A stretch of 64,000 bases of DNA from contig JAVZJD010000001.1 of the NCBI GenBank assembly GCA_038870975.1, positions 1,001,966 to 1,065,965 on the forward strand. Direction: 5' to 3'. The position numbers and the translations under genes were made by a program. This document shows, piece by piece, positions 20,763-30,502 of this stretch (its first letter is position 1; each line of letters begins with the position of its first letter). The stretch comes from Candidatus Bathyarchaeia archaeon. Its GTDB lineage: Archaea; Thermoproteota; CALKCG01; B24. Under the pieces are notes generated by a model. The model had not been told where the DNA came from, made no database searches, and saw only the letters and a program-made list of their open reading frames with translations.

Positions 20763-20821
20763 GGGCTCAGCCGGTCGATCCGTCATCAAGAGTCAGCCTT
20801 TTGATAGGGTCATCACAGCCC
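20763..20821 (-). ncRNA. Box C/D sRNA 1
   Basis: Minus strand: GGGCT-GTGATGA(C)-CCCTATCAAAAGG-CTGA(D')-CTCT-TGATGA(C')-CGGATCGACCGG-CTGA(D)-GCCC; 12-13 nt guides; terminal GGGC/GCCC stem; intergenic. Confidence 0.92.
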
Positions 20822-20879
20822 AAATAAATATTATGTAAATCAGTCAAATTAACTTTACAGCATCCTAAGCTTAAGAACA

Positions 20880-20946
20880 GGCTCAGAGTCTGCTCGCTAA
20901 ATTCATCCACATATGTGTCGTTAGACAGTGTCGCTCATCATCACCA
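20880..20946 (-). ncRNA. Box C/D sRNA 2
   Basis: Minus strand: ATGATGA(C)-GCGACACTGTCTA-ACGA(degenerate D')-CACATATGT-GGATGA(C')-ATTTAGCGAGCAGACT-CTGA(D)-GCC; TATA-like TTTTAAAG about 25 nt upstream. Confidence 0.75.
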
Positions 20947-20968
20947 CTATTTTCAGTGTAGCCGCGCG

Positions 20969-20982
20969 CTTTAAAACCTTTA
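20969..20982 (-). promoter_or_regulatory. BRE/TATA promoter for box C/D sRNA 2
   Basis: Minus strand TAAAGG-TTTTAAAG at canonical distance from the C box. Confidence 0.55.
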
Positions 20983-21227
20983 CTATTCTACATACACTTA
21001 AAACATCCGTCTAGTTGAAGAGACCTTAAAAAAGTTTTCATCTTTTAAATTAAATTAACGATTTCATCATTTTTTCATTAAATAGTAGACTATCTTTCAT
21101 TTCGAAAAGACAACGTCTATTTTTTAGAAGCGTTTCCAAGGCATTGAAGGCTGAATCTTAGTATATACCATATGGATATCTGAAACAAAAGCATATATCT
21201 CTCTTACAGAGTCTAACTCAGTATTAG

Positions 21228-23252
21228 GTGAGAAAAATGGGTAGCGAATACATGGAAGAATTGAAAATCACCGTACCAATGTTAACATTGGCGGTTGTTA
21301 TAACAGCCATTCTAACAGCTCTTGGAAACTTATTCATATTTTTCCTACCGTGGCCGTTTTCGTGTAACATGAACGCAGGGACTCAGATATCAACTCCGGG
21401 CTTTGAACTACTTGGTATGCCCTTCGTAGTGTCTTTAGTTATTGCTTTACTTATGCGCATACCATCTACCAGAAAATATTTGTCATCAGGGGCTCTCATA
21501 CTTCTATACTCTACCGCTTTAGCAGCGTCAGCGTTTGCCAATACAAATTCACCGTGGAGGGAAATATATGCTCTGATGACGGCTCGTCTAGCCACCTCAG
21601 AATCAGTCATGGTCTACGTTCCTGAGTTCGTATCACCACCAAGAGATGCGGCAGACGTACTTATTAGAGGCGCGGGAAGCATAACTGCAGTACCTTGGAA
21701 TAAGTTCATACCAGCTATGACATGGTGGTTCTTCATGTTCGCCTTCTTTGCAGGTGTGAGCGTAGGTTTAGCGAGCATCTTCCGACGCCAGTGGGTGGAC
21801 ATAGAAATGCTACCGTATCCTCAAATAGCAATTGCACATAGCACAATCATAGGGTCGAGAGAAGTCGGTAATTCTAAATGGGCTGGAAGATTGGCATTCA
21901 TTCTAGGTTTCATAATTGGACTTGCTCTAGAGCTTATTAGAGCTGGTATATTATTCTTCCCATGGTTTCCAGACGTATACTCGATACGTACGAACACGTG
22001 TGGTGGTTCAGTTACACACTGGCTAACATTTCCAGGCACAACATGGCACTACGGTCTTACAAAGCTCACACCAGTGTATGTACTATTGCTACTTGCACCA
22101 TTGCACTCGCTGTTCAGTATCGTGTTCTGGGGTATAGTGTACGAGATAGCGAGTGCTGTTGCAGTTGCCCTAGGATACTACACGGGATATGTAGATATGG
22201 GCTTCTGTGGAAAAAGCTGGTGTGGAAGCAATACACCGTTTGCAGAACCGCCGCTTGCATTCGGGTCTGTGATTGCTGGTGTCATGTTAGGTGCATTCAT
22301 CATGACAATTTTCCATGAAAGACATCACATAATCATGACGTTGAAGATGGCTTTAGGAATGGCTAAAGATCCTAAAGTCGAAGCTGAAGAGCCGATGTCC
22401 TACCGATCTGCATGGATGCTATTTATCGTATCCTTCATACTTCTAATCGCTTTATTCGCATCAACGGGTATGAGTGTCTGGGCGTCGTTCGTAATAACTC
22501 TCACTGGTGTCGTAGTCTGGTTTACAACCAGTCAACTATGGGCAAGAGTAGGAGGTTCAAACGAGCCTGGATACAACTTCGGACCGTTTTTCGCAAAAAT
22601 GCTCCTATGGCCTCCTACAGCATACTCACTGCCAGTTACCTCTGCGGATACGAGTTTAGCTCAATTCTTCATATATGAGCCAGTTTCACACTGCCCCAGC
22701 AATCCATGGTGTAGCACTTTCTACGCTGCAATAGGGCCCTATAAAATGGCTAAAATGATGAACATACATCCTAAAGGTGTATTCAGAATCACATTCACAT
22801 CTATACTAGTCGCAATATTCGTAGCGTGTATAATGATGATACTGCTTCCAGCCGTATATGGGAGAGGCGTGACTGGTTGTATTTGGCCGGGTAACATAGA
22901 ATTTAGGATTAACGACATGTGGAATAGACCGTCACCAAGACCTATTGCAGATATAGCACCTTGGGTAACCGGCGGCTTCGTTTTCATGGTGATTATGAGC
23001 TTTCTACATACAAGGTTTCTATGGATGCCGGACCCGCTGATGAGTATAATCGCTTGGGACTGGATTGGTGGGCTTCACGGAATATGGATGGCCTCTTTAG
23101 TAGTCCTCATAATAAAATGGCTAATACTTAGAATTGGAGGAAGCAAACTATATGAAGAGAAGGCTATACCATTTGCCGGTGGCTTCATGCTTGGAGCTGC
23201 ATTGAATGCACTAATAGCTGGAATTGGAGCTTTCATTGCATATCCACGTTAG
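21228..23252 (+). CDS. DUF6785/OPT-like polytopic membrane protein
   Basis: IFRRQWVDIEMLPYP; EEPMSYR.A; C-terminal IKWLILRIGGSKLYEE...PF..GF..G. Confidence 0.8.
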   Translation: MRKMGSEYMEELKITVPMLTLAVVITAILTALGNLFIFFLPWPFSCNMNAGTQISTPGFELLGMPFVVSLVIALLMRIPSTRKYLSSGALILLYSTALAASAFANTNSPWREIYALMTARLATSESVMVYVPEFVSPPRDAADVLIRGAGSITAVPWNKFIPAMTWWFFMFAFFAGVSVGLASIFRRQWVDIEMLPYPQIAIAHSTIIGSREVGNSKWAGRLAFILGFIIGLALELIRAGILFFPWFPDVYSIRTNTCGGSVTHWLTFPGTTWHYGLTKLTPVYVLLLLAPLHSLFSIVFWGIVYEIASAVAVALGYYTGYVDMGFCGKSWCGSNTPFAEPPLAFGSVIAGVMLGAFIMTIFHERHHIIMTLKMALGMAKDPKVEAEEPMSYRSAWMLFIVSFILLIALFASTGMSVWASFVITLTGVVVWFTTSQLWARVGGSNEPGYNFGPFFAKMLLWPPTAYSLPVTSADTSLAQFFIYEPVSHCPSNPWCSTFYAAIGPYKMAKMMNIHPKGVFRITFTSILVAIFVACIMMILLPAVYGRGVTGCIWPGNIEFRINDMWNRPSPRPIADIAPWVTGGFVFMVIMSFLHTRFLWMPDPLMSIIAWDWIGGLHGIWMASLVVLIIKWLILRIGGSKLYEEKAIPFAGGFMLGAALNALIAGIGAFIAYPR

Positions 23253-23342
23253 TCCCTATTTTTTCTCTTACGGTAGACCAAAATAGTTATAATTAGCTGC
23301 GTTCTGCAATTTCTAAAAGATTGTTCAGATAAAGGCTATGTC

Positions 23343-24233
23343 TTACTCTTCCCTTAATATGGGGCTTTTTCCATCAACAATATACGGCATTTTACGTGTT
23401 CTGAAAACGACTATCCTATCACTAAAATTCATCAGATATGTGAGTAGTAGGTTCTTTCCAAGCCTCGTCAATGCGAATACTGGTATGGCTACTCCAAGTT
23501 GCATAAGAGCCTCAGGTCCAATCTTCTCACGTATTATTCTAGATGCGCTTGCGCAAACTACATCTGCTCCAGCTAGAATCCTCTCCAAATCATCTTCCGT
23601 TGCACATGTATTGCATACTGAGAAAACGGCTATTTGTACATGGTTTTCTCTCTCAAATCTACGGATATGCTCTATCGATTTTGAGTTGAAATGAGCCACC
23701 GTTACAGCTATGCGTTTAAACCCCGATTCTACTGCTTTAACGACACCGTTAAATTGATCGATTTCAGCCGTCCCCTCGTTTAAAATGATCCCACCTCTAC
23801 TTTTAATATGTTCAATTATCTCTTCGATGGGCGTAGTTCTCATTATTCCAGTAAGTCTAGCTCCAATTTCTTGAACTAACTGTGGATTGCCAGATATAAC
23901 GGTTCCAGCCCCCTCACATACTGTGACAGCGCAGTCTAACAACCCCTCCTTCATACAAGTAGATATGATTTCTGAGCTTCCATATGGAACAACCATAGAG
24001 GGGTCGAAAACCCTGCCTTTGCAGCAGAAGCCGAAGCCTTCAATCTTCATCTTTACACAGTTTTTAACAACTTCTCTATCTACTTTTTTCACACCGTAGA
24101 AAGCTTCAAGCATAGGACAGTAGACTATTCTCGGTTCAGTCAAGACTTTTACGTCGCCATTTTTAATCAAAACTTTTGAACCGCAGCAGTAAAACTCATG
24201 CTCACCAACAGAGACCTTCAACACCATCCCCAC
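23343..24233 (-). CDS. Methanogenesis marker protein 8 (DUF2099) homolog
   Basis: YCP; VPYGSSEII; DCAVTVCEGAGTVI..NPQLVQEIG.R.TG...TTPI; IDQ..GV..A; CASAS. Confidence 0.85.
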   Translation of the reverse strand: MGMVLKVSVGEHEFYCCGSKVLIKNGDVKVLTEPRIVYCPMLEAFYGVKKVDREVVKNCVKMKIEGFGFCCKGRVFDPSMVVPYGSSEIISTCMKEGLLDCAVTVCEGAGTVISGNPQLVQEIGARLTGIMRTTPIEEIIEHIKSRGGIILNEGTAEIDQFNGVVKAVESGFKRIAVTVAHFNSKSIEHIRRFERENHVQIAVFSVCNTCATEDDLERILAGADVVCASASRIIREKIGPEALMQLGVAIPVFALTRLGKNLLLTYLMNFSDRIVVFRTRKMPYIVDGKSPILREE

Positions 24234-24261
24234 ACATATACTCCTGTGGAGTTATGAGGGT

Positions 24262-25341
24262 TTAAAGCCACATAAATTCTTCCATAGCCTCTACCAATGC
24301 TTTTATGTTCTCTAGAGGCGTAGGCGGGTATATGCCGGCTATGAGCATGAGTCCCCCCTCTTTAAGGCTTAGTGTTTTGACGGCGTGACATACGTGCTTT
24401 TTCACGTCTTCTGCTGTACCAAATGGTACGACTAACTGTCTATCGATATCTAGGTCTACACAGACCTCTCCCTTACAGAGTTTGGCTATCGTATCGACTC
24501 CGTTTACTATATCTTGAATGTTTAGAATGTCTACACCCGATTCTATAAGTTGATCTACGACCTCAACAACATGCCCATCACTGTGTAGATATGCATGTAC
24601 ACCTGCTTCTCTAACTTGGCTGAAAATTTTGAAGTAGCTTGGGTATATGAATTCTCTGAAAACCCTAGGGCTTATGGGCATTCTATCCTGCATTCCAAGG
24701 TCATCTCCGAAAGAGATGACGTCTAAGTTTCTAAACGCTAGAAGCCTTCTAACTAAAGCTAGGTTGTACTCGGTTAACATATCTATAAGCTCGTAAAGTT
24801 GAGTGGGCTTACGTATGAAGTCTTCCATGAGGTTTGTGAAACCCCTAAGATAGTAGAGTCTTTGGAAGAAGAAACCATGAGGCATACCTCCTATCAAAGG
24901 CTCATCTGCCTCCCTAGCCCTCTCTAAGCCTTCATAAACCTGGTTCCACGGTACAAGACCACCCCCTTCAACTGGCAATCCATCTTCAGGATCGGGCAGT
25001 TGAAAGTTTCTAAGCAAGCTCCAATTATTAAGGGAATGCTTAACAACTTGACCTTGCAATCCTTGAATCGGGAAAGCCCAAACGCATCCAAATGGGTCTG
25101 TAAACGTTCTATTAGACTTCAATATGCGAGGTTCAGAGCAGTATTCAATAGAGCCGCGTTTAAACCCACGGAAGATCAGCGGGTGAGCTGAAGCTAAATC
25201 CTCCAACTTCTCCCTATATACATTCCATACGGGCCAAGATATGCTTACTCTACACGGTATAAATTCGGGTCTTTTAAATTCTATTGCTCTTAGAAAGTTC
25301 TCTCTCCAAGATAGACTAGGTCTTCTAAGATAGTCCAACAT
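24262..25341 (-). CDS. UroD/MtaA/CmuA-superfamily protein
   Basis: REN..RAI.F..P; TDPFGCVW; GDDLGMQ...ISP; HSDG; DIDRQ. Confidence 0.88.
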   Translation of the reverse strand: MLDYLRRPSLSWRENFLRAIEFKRPEFIPCRVSISWPVWNVYREKLEDLASAHPLIFRGFKRGSIEYCSEPRILKSNRTFTDPFGCVWAFPIQGLQGQVVKHSLNNWSLLRNFQLPDPEDGLPVEGGGLVPWNQVYEGLERAREADEPLIGGMPHGFFFQRLYYLRGFTNLMEDFIRKPTQLYELIDMLTEYNLALVRRLLAFRNLDVISFGDDLGMQDRMPISPRVFREFIYPSYFKIFSQVREAGVHAYLHSDGHVVEVVDQLIESGVDILNIQDIVNGVDTIAKLCKGEVCVDLDIDRQLVVPFGTAEDVKKHVCHAVKTLSLKEGGLMLIAGIYPPTPLENIKALVEAMEEFMWL

Positions 25342-25411
25342 CTCGTCCTCAACAACTTCTATTTTTAATAATTTTACCGTTACGGTGTATTAACAGGATT
25401 ACTCATCTACC

Positions 25412-25969
25412 TTAGTAATGTTGCTCTATAATACTGTTTCTACTCGCCCCTTCTATATCACTCTCAGCCCTCCGACCAAGAATACATATGAGAGAAACGA
25501 GCATCAACAATATTCCACATTCTATAACTACCCCCTCCCTTCTCAAGCTTAAGTCTGGAAGAGAATTGAGATACCTAAATAGAGGTAGAAAGTCTAAAAA
25601 GTTGAAGAGATTATGGATGATCGGTCTACCCCAGAAAGAGGTTTGAAAGGAGAAGAAACTTGATGTATGTATGATAACCCAGTCTAAATCTGGAAGTATC
25701 GAGAAGCCCATTCCAACCTTATACTCCCCCCAGCATTTAACAACAATTAAAACGCTTAGGAGAACCATCGCTAGATGGTAAATGATCCAGAATGGATCTT
25801 CAAAGAGCGGCGTAGGTGGATGGTAAGTAAACCTAGCTAATCTATCTAAGACACCGTGGGATATGAAAGCCAAAAAAGCTGTAAGAAAATATCGTAGAGA
25901 AATCGGTTCGACTTTCCTTAAAATCTTTTGAATAAGTACACCCATGACTAAGTGGGTGGGTCCCTGCAA
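25412..25969 (-). CDS. Membrane protein, possibly a membrane-bound metal-dependent hydrolase
   Basis: TH at N-terminus, SHGVLD, ILPDLD and several TM segments. Confidence 0.6.
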   Translation of the reverse strand: MQGPTHLVMGVLIQKILRKVEPISLRYFLTAFLAFISHGVLDRLARFTYHPPTPLFEDPFWIIYHLAMVLLSVLIVVKCWGEYKVGMGFSILPDLDWVIIHTSSFFSFQTSFWGRPIIHNLFNFLDFLPLFRYLNSLPDLSLRREGVVIECGILLMLVSLICILGRRAESDIEGASRNSIIEQHY

Positions 25970-26012
25970 CGTTTAAACACCTTTGTTGAAATCTCCTCAG
26001 ATAGATTAAGGA

Positions 26013-27299
26013 TTAGTAGAGCAATATGAGCCATAGTGAGCCTTTGGCTGGTTTTATCGAATTTACTTTAATGAAAGGCCCCGGCGTATCTAATGCTACT
26101 TTACCGCAGCCTTCAGGTATTTCCAGACGTATAGTCACGTAGTCTTCAGGGTTTATTAGTGAAGCGGTTTCAAATACCTCTACTAAGACTCTACCATGGT
26201 CGGCTCCACTGTGGACCAGTAGAGCTTTTCTCGCAGACCCAGTCCAATACCATTTCCCCGGCAGCTCTCTCTGGGTTTGTACGAAGACTCTATCTTTAAG
26301 AACCCCATAATTTCTCGGGTTAAATATAGAATAGTCTACGTAAACCGCGTAAATCTCATGGATATATCCCTCTCTCCCGGTGTCTCTCCTAGTCGACCAA
26401 GTATCTCTGAAAGACGAGAACAGTATCTTGGGGTATCCATCCGGCTCAGTCGTATAATGGGGATGTCCAATCTGCGTAAACACGTCATCCACCATGAGAT
26501 TTGGCAAGACATCCCCCTCCAACAGGCCTACGACTGGTATTCCACCATCCGGGTTAAGACCCTTAACATCACTGAGGGGAGGTCCCATGAACATTTTTAA
26601 AACCCATTTCCCAAATTCATCAGACTCTGTTATTACAGAGATTCGGGGCATTAAAATCAGGTCTAAAACGGCGTTTCCACTACCATGCCAAGCAGCTATT
26701 CCATAATCCTCTAATCTTATGTTCTCAAAATCATCTACATTCCTAATAGATAGGAGCTTTATCTTCTCCCCAGATGGAATTGCGGCTACAGCATCATGTA
26801 GATAGCCGTAGGCCCCCATGGGTTTGAATGGAACACCATGGTCTCCTACACCTTCTAAAATCCGCTTAAAACTCAACCTATTCCAGTTAGAATCAAACCA
26901 GAATACGTATGCTTCACTATCCTGCGTAACAGTCACTATAAATTCTTCTCTCACAGGGTTGTACAAGCCTCTAACAGCGTTCATCGTATAGGTTCCAGGG
27001 ATGATTCCAGACGGTAGAATCTTCTTAACCCTATCAACGTCTACTGTTAAATCCTTCTCTATAGGTGCAACAGCCCCTTCGCGTTTTAAGCCGACTAGGT
27101 CTCTCCACCCAGTGAATAGAAGCCACCTTTCGCCAGTCGAACTGTTGAATACTATGTAAGGAGTTCCAACACCTCCGGAAAAGTCTGGGAAAACTCTCTT
27201 CAACTCTTGAGGTCTAAGTACGGGTACTATCCTTTTAAAATTCACCGTCAATCCTCCTCCATTACTCGGTAAGACATGTAGAAATTTAAAAGCTTTCAA
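26013..27299 (-). CDS. Hypothetical protein, possible beta-propeller carbohydrate-active enzyme (start uncertain)
   Basis: Long beta-rich ORF; GVGTPY and GHPHY blade-like starts; GGAGG before an internal GTG. Confidence 0.55.
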   Translation of the reverse strand: MKAFKFLHVLPSNGGGLTVNFKRIVPVLRPQELKRVFPDFSGGVGTPYIVFNSSTGERWLLFTGWRDLVGLKREGAVAPIEKDLTVDVDRVKKILPSGIIPGTYTMNAVRGLYNPVREEFIVTVTQDSEAYVFWFDSNWNRLSFKRILEGVGDHGVPFKPMGAYGYLHDAVAAIPSGEKIKLLSIRNVDDFENIRLEDYGIAAWHGSGNAVLDLILMPRISVITESDEFGKWVLKMFMGPPLSDVKGLNPDGGIPVVGLLEGDVLPNLMVDDVFTQIGHPHYTTEPDGYPKILFSSFRDTWSTRRDTGREGYIHEIYAVYVDYSIFNPRNYGVLKDRVFVQTQRELPGKWYWTGSARKALLVHSGADHGRVLVEVFETASLINPEDYVTIRLEIPEGCGKVALDTPGPFIKVNSIKPAKGSLWLILLY

Positions 27300-27412
27300 A
27301 CCGTTAACACACTATAGGCGTTCTTCTGAAGAATCGTTCGTTATAAGGAAACGATTTTAAATCCTCAGCTCTACATGGAAAAACTTTAATAGTATTTTTT
27401 CTTGATGGAAGA

Positions 27413-28285
27413 TTGAGGAAGATGTATTTACAAAACAAGTTTTACAAAATGTCTACTGTTTTAATGTTTATAGCACTTCTATCGTTAATCCATATATGTG
27501 AAGCGGAGGAATCTAAGAACATTTACATATACTATGATTCATCATACCGTAATTCATGGCTCTCAATTACAGATTCAGATACAATCGTTAAATTCGTGCC
27601 AGAAACTCTAGCAAAGTACGGTATATCATGTGAAACCGTAGATGCTAAACGGCTCGCCGAAATCGTTTCACATCTTGAAGACGCGCCCAATACAATCATA
27701 TTAATGTCCATGGATGTAGCCCCAGATACAATTTGGACTGGTGCACCGGATTCCCCAATACAATTATGGATTGAAGCAGGTGGAACACTCATATGGACTG
27801 GCGATTGGGAGTTCTACTACGTCGGGTTTTCCAATTATACTAATGTACACCAGCCCTACATTGAAAATATCGTCTTCGGTATGATAACTGTTACAGCGTT
27901 TGCTGATAATACGGAGGTGAAACCCACGGAGCTCGGACGTAAAATCATGCCGAGTTTTGAAAGCTATAGAACAGATAGACCTACTTATGCTTCAATTGCT
28001 GAAACCTTTGACTGTGAAATCTATGGACTATCAGATGACGGACTCTACGCAGAACCAGTTCTAATAAAAGTCGGTAAGGGAGCTATCGTCAAGATCTGTA
28101 TGACCGGTGGAGATGTCGATTCTAATACACGGGCTATTTTAATATGCGAATTCATCCTAAACAGAGTATTTAACATGGGAGGGGTTAAAATCGAGAGACC
28201 ATTCCCAGTAATTCCCATAGCTATAGGGGTAGTAATAGCTGTGGCTACCGTCGCATTAATAGTACACTTTATTAGGAGACGATAA
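27413..28285 (+). CDS. Secreted protein with C-terminal membrane anchor
   Basis: Signal-peptide-like N-terminus; C-terminal TM followed by RRR. Confidence 0.7.
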   Translation: MRKMYLQNKFYKMSTVLMFIALLSLIHICEAEESKNIYIYYDSSYRNSWLSITDSDTIVKFVPETLAKYGISCETVDAKRLAEIVSHLEDAPNTIILMSMDVAPDTIWTGAPDSPIQLWIEAGGTLIWTGDWEFYYVGFSNYTNVHQPYIENIVFGMITVTAFADNTEVKPTELGRKIMPSFESYRTDRPTYASIAETFDCEIYGLSDDGLYAEPVLIKVGKGAIVKICMTGGDVDSNTRAILICEFILNRVFNMGGVKIERPFPVIPIAIGVVIAVATVALIVHFIRRR

Positions 28286-28287
28286 GC

Positions 28288-29571
28288 TTACCTATCCTCC
28301 TCGTATACTTTAAAGCCCATCAGCTTAGCTAGACTTCTAAGTTCATTCAGCCAATTTCCGTAGAATGTTACTCTATGCCATCCCCACCTCCAGTTTTCAA
28401 GTATACGGTCAGCTTTAACTTCTACGGCTAGTTTTGTTCTACAGGCTCTCTCATCGTCAATATTAGCCACGGCTTTACCAGTATGAATAGTCATAGCTTT
28501 CTCAAATGGGTTTACTTGAATCGTTGTTACGTATTCTTCTAGAGGCATTAGAGACTGTATAGACGCTCCACTTCTATCTTCGGCGTGAGACCTTATGATG
28601 TAAGGGTTTACTGGTCCGTTTAGACCGTAGACCATGCTCGGAGCTACGCAGTGAGCATATACAATCCACTTCTTAGATAAGTCGAAAACTGGGTCTGATA
28701 TGAAGCTTGGCTCTCCGGTTAAATATTTAATTATGAGCATTGCCAGCGTAGAGTTTAAATCCGCCTCGCATGCACCGATTAATCCTTCGTTGTTTAACTG
28801 GAAAAACCCTAAACATGGGTAAGCCTCTAGCCTGTTTGAGTATACTAAAGTTAAGCAGTCTACTGCTATGGCGATGGCTCCCTCCTCCTTTAGAAGTCTT
28901 TTCATTGCCAAGTACATTCTAGCCGCTTTAACGATTTCTCCTCTACTAGGCTCCATTACTCTCAAGGCCTCACGTATCCACTTCTCAGCCCACTTTTCCG
29001 CCTCCCCTATATCAGTTTCGCGATAGTACTGGTTAAGCTTCTCTGAAGATTCCTTTAAAACTTCAACACCTAAACTACTTTTGATAGCTTCAGAGGTCTT
29101 TCCTACATCTCTATCTGTTACAACGATTATCCTTGATTTTTTGAGTAATGCTACGACTCTGATCAACTTTAGAGCTTTAACTACATCTTCAAAGTCGGAT
29201 GATGCTACGGCTAATACAGGTAGTTCCTTATCCTTAGCCCAGGTGTATGTTGAAATCAGTTCGCCGCTTCCACCATATAAATCGTCTACTAATATCGTAG
29301 GTTTACCTGCACCTGCTATAGCATATCCGGCTCCAACCCATATGCCAAGCATGTAGACGACGTAACCGTCAACATCGCTTACTTCCTTAATTATCCTCTC
29401 TCCATCTTTCGAGCTCATAGCGGTTTTAAAATTGACGTCAAAATCTGGTATCTTCTTCTTAAGAAGATCCATAATCTCTTTCTTCCGAGCCTCATAATCA
29501 TAGCCTTTATAAGGCCAAGTAGGGGCGTCTGAAGACGGGTGGGAGAAAACCACGCAAATCCTACAACTCAT
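28288..29571 (-). CDS. L-fucose/L-arabinose isomerase-like protein
   Basis: AIAVDCL, YPCLGF..LN..G....CEAD, SDP, YAHC, CRTK, HRV..YG. Confidence 0.75.
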   Translation of the reverse strand: MSCRICVVFSHPSSDAPTWPYKGYDYEARKKEIMDLLKKKIPDFDVNFKTAMSSKDGERIIKEVSDVDGYVVYMLGIWVGAGYAIAGAGKPTILVDDLYGGSGELISTYTWAKDKELPVLAVASSDFEDVVKALKLIRVVALLKKSRIIVVTDRDVGKTSEAIKSSLGVEVLKESSEKLNQYYRETDIGEAEKWAEKWIREALRVMEPSRGEIVKAARMYLAMKRLLKEEGAIAIAVDCLTLVYSNRLEAYPCLGFFQLNNEGLIGACEADLNSTLAMLIIKYLTGEPSFISDPVFDLSKKWIVYAHCVAPSMVYGLNGPVNPYIIRSHAEDRSGASIQSLMPLEEYVTTIQVNPFEKAMTIHTGKAVANIDDERACRTKLAVEVKADRILENWRWGWHRVTFYGNWLNELRSLAKLMGFKVYEEDR

Positions 29572-29715
29572 ATAGCTATATCAAATTGTAATAGGATAAA
29601 AGACTTTCCAACGTAAAATCTTCTTAAAATTTCTCAATCTCCGGCTGATTTAAATATACCATGTACTAGGTTAATTTTTTAAGCAGTTTAAGCTAGAATT
29701 CCAGAGGGGGTGTAA

Positions 29716-30477
29716 ATGATAAAAATCGGTTGTGCTGCCTACTCTTACAGAGATTATCTTAAAGATGGAAGAATGAGTTATGAAGATTTTATAGAAGAAG
29801 CTTACCGTATGGGACTGGATGGTGTGGAGTTGACTCTATACTGGCTTCCATCTAAAGACCCATCATACCTTAGAAAGCTTAAGAGGTTGGCGTTTTCACG
29901 TGGGCTACCAATATCTTGTGCTGGAATCTCTACGAACTTCTGTACTCCAGATAGTTCTGAGAGAGACCGTATGATTAGAGCCGTAGAGGAAGGATTGAAT
30001 ATTGCTCGCGAATTGGGGGCATCAGCCCTTAGAGTTTTCGGAGGTTATACGCCTAGAGGATATACAGAGGCTGAAGCGACTAACTGGACAATAGAAGCGC
30101 TCAAGACTTGTGTAAGCTATGCTGAGGAAAAAGGCGTTGTAATAGCCTTAGAAAATCATGGGGGGATTACGGCTAGAGCAGATAATGTTGTAAGAATTGT
30201 GAAGGGTGTAGACTCACCGTGGCTTGGTGTGAACTTAGACTTGGGCAACTACACTGAGTCTACGTATGAGGATATTGCTAAAACAATTCCATATACTGTC
30301 CACATTCATGGGAAAATAAGTACAGCCAAGGGGGTTTCAGTCGACTATGAGAGAGTAAAGGGAATGCTTGTAAAAGGAGGCTACAATGGCTTCATCTCCA
30401 TTGAGTATGAAGAAGAGGAGGACCCTAAGACAGCCATACCGAAGTTTGCAAAATACCTGCTTAACCTCTTTAAATGA
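29716..30477 (+). CDS. Sugar phosphate isomerase/epimerase (AP-endonuclease-2 TIM barrel)
   Basis: LENHGG, NLDLGN, HIHGK, SIEYE metal ligands. Confidence 0.9.
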   Translation: MIKIGCAAYSYRDYLKDGRMSYEDFIEEAYRMGLDGVELTLYWLPSKDPSYLRKLKRLAFSRGLPISCAGISTNFCTPDSSERDRMIRAVEEGLNIARELGASALRVFGGYTPRGYTEAEATNWTIEALKTCVSYAEEKGVVIALENHGGITARADNVVRIVKGVDSPWLGVNLDLGNYTESTYEDIAKTIPYTVHIHGKISTAKGVSVDYERVKGMLVKGGYNGFISIEYEEEEDPKTAIPKFAKYLLNLFK

Positions 30478-30502
30478 AGATTAAGGGTGAGGTGGCTTAA
30501 GT

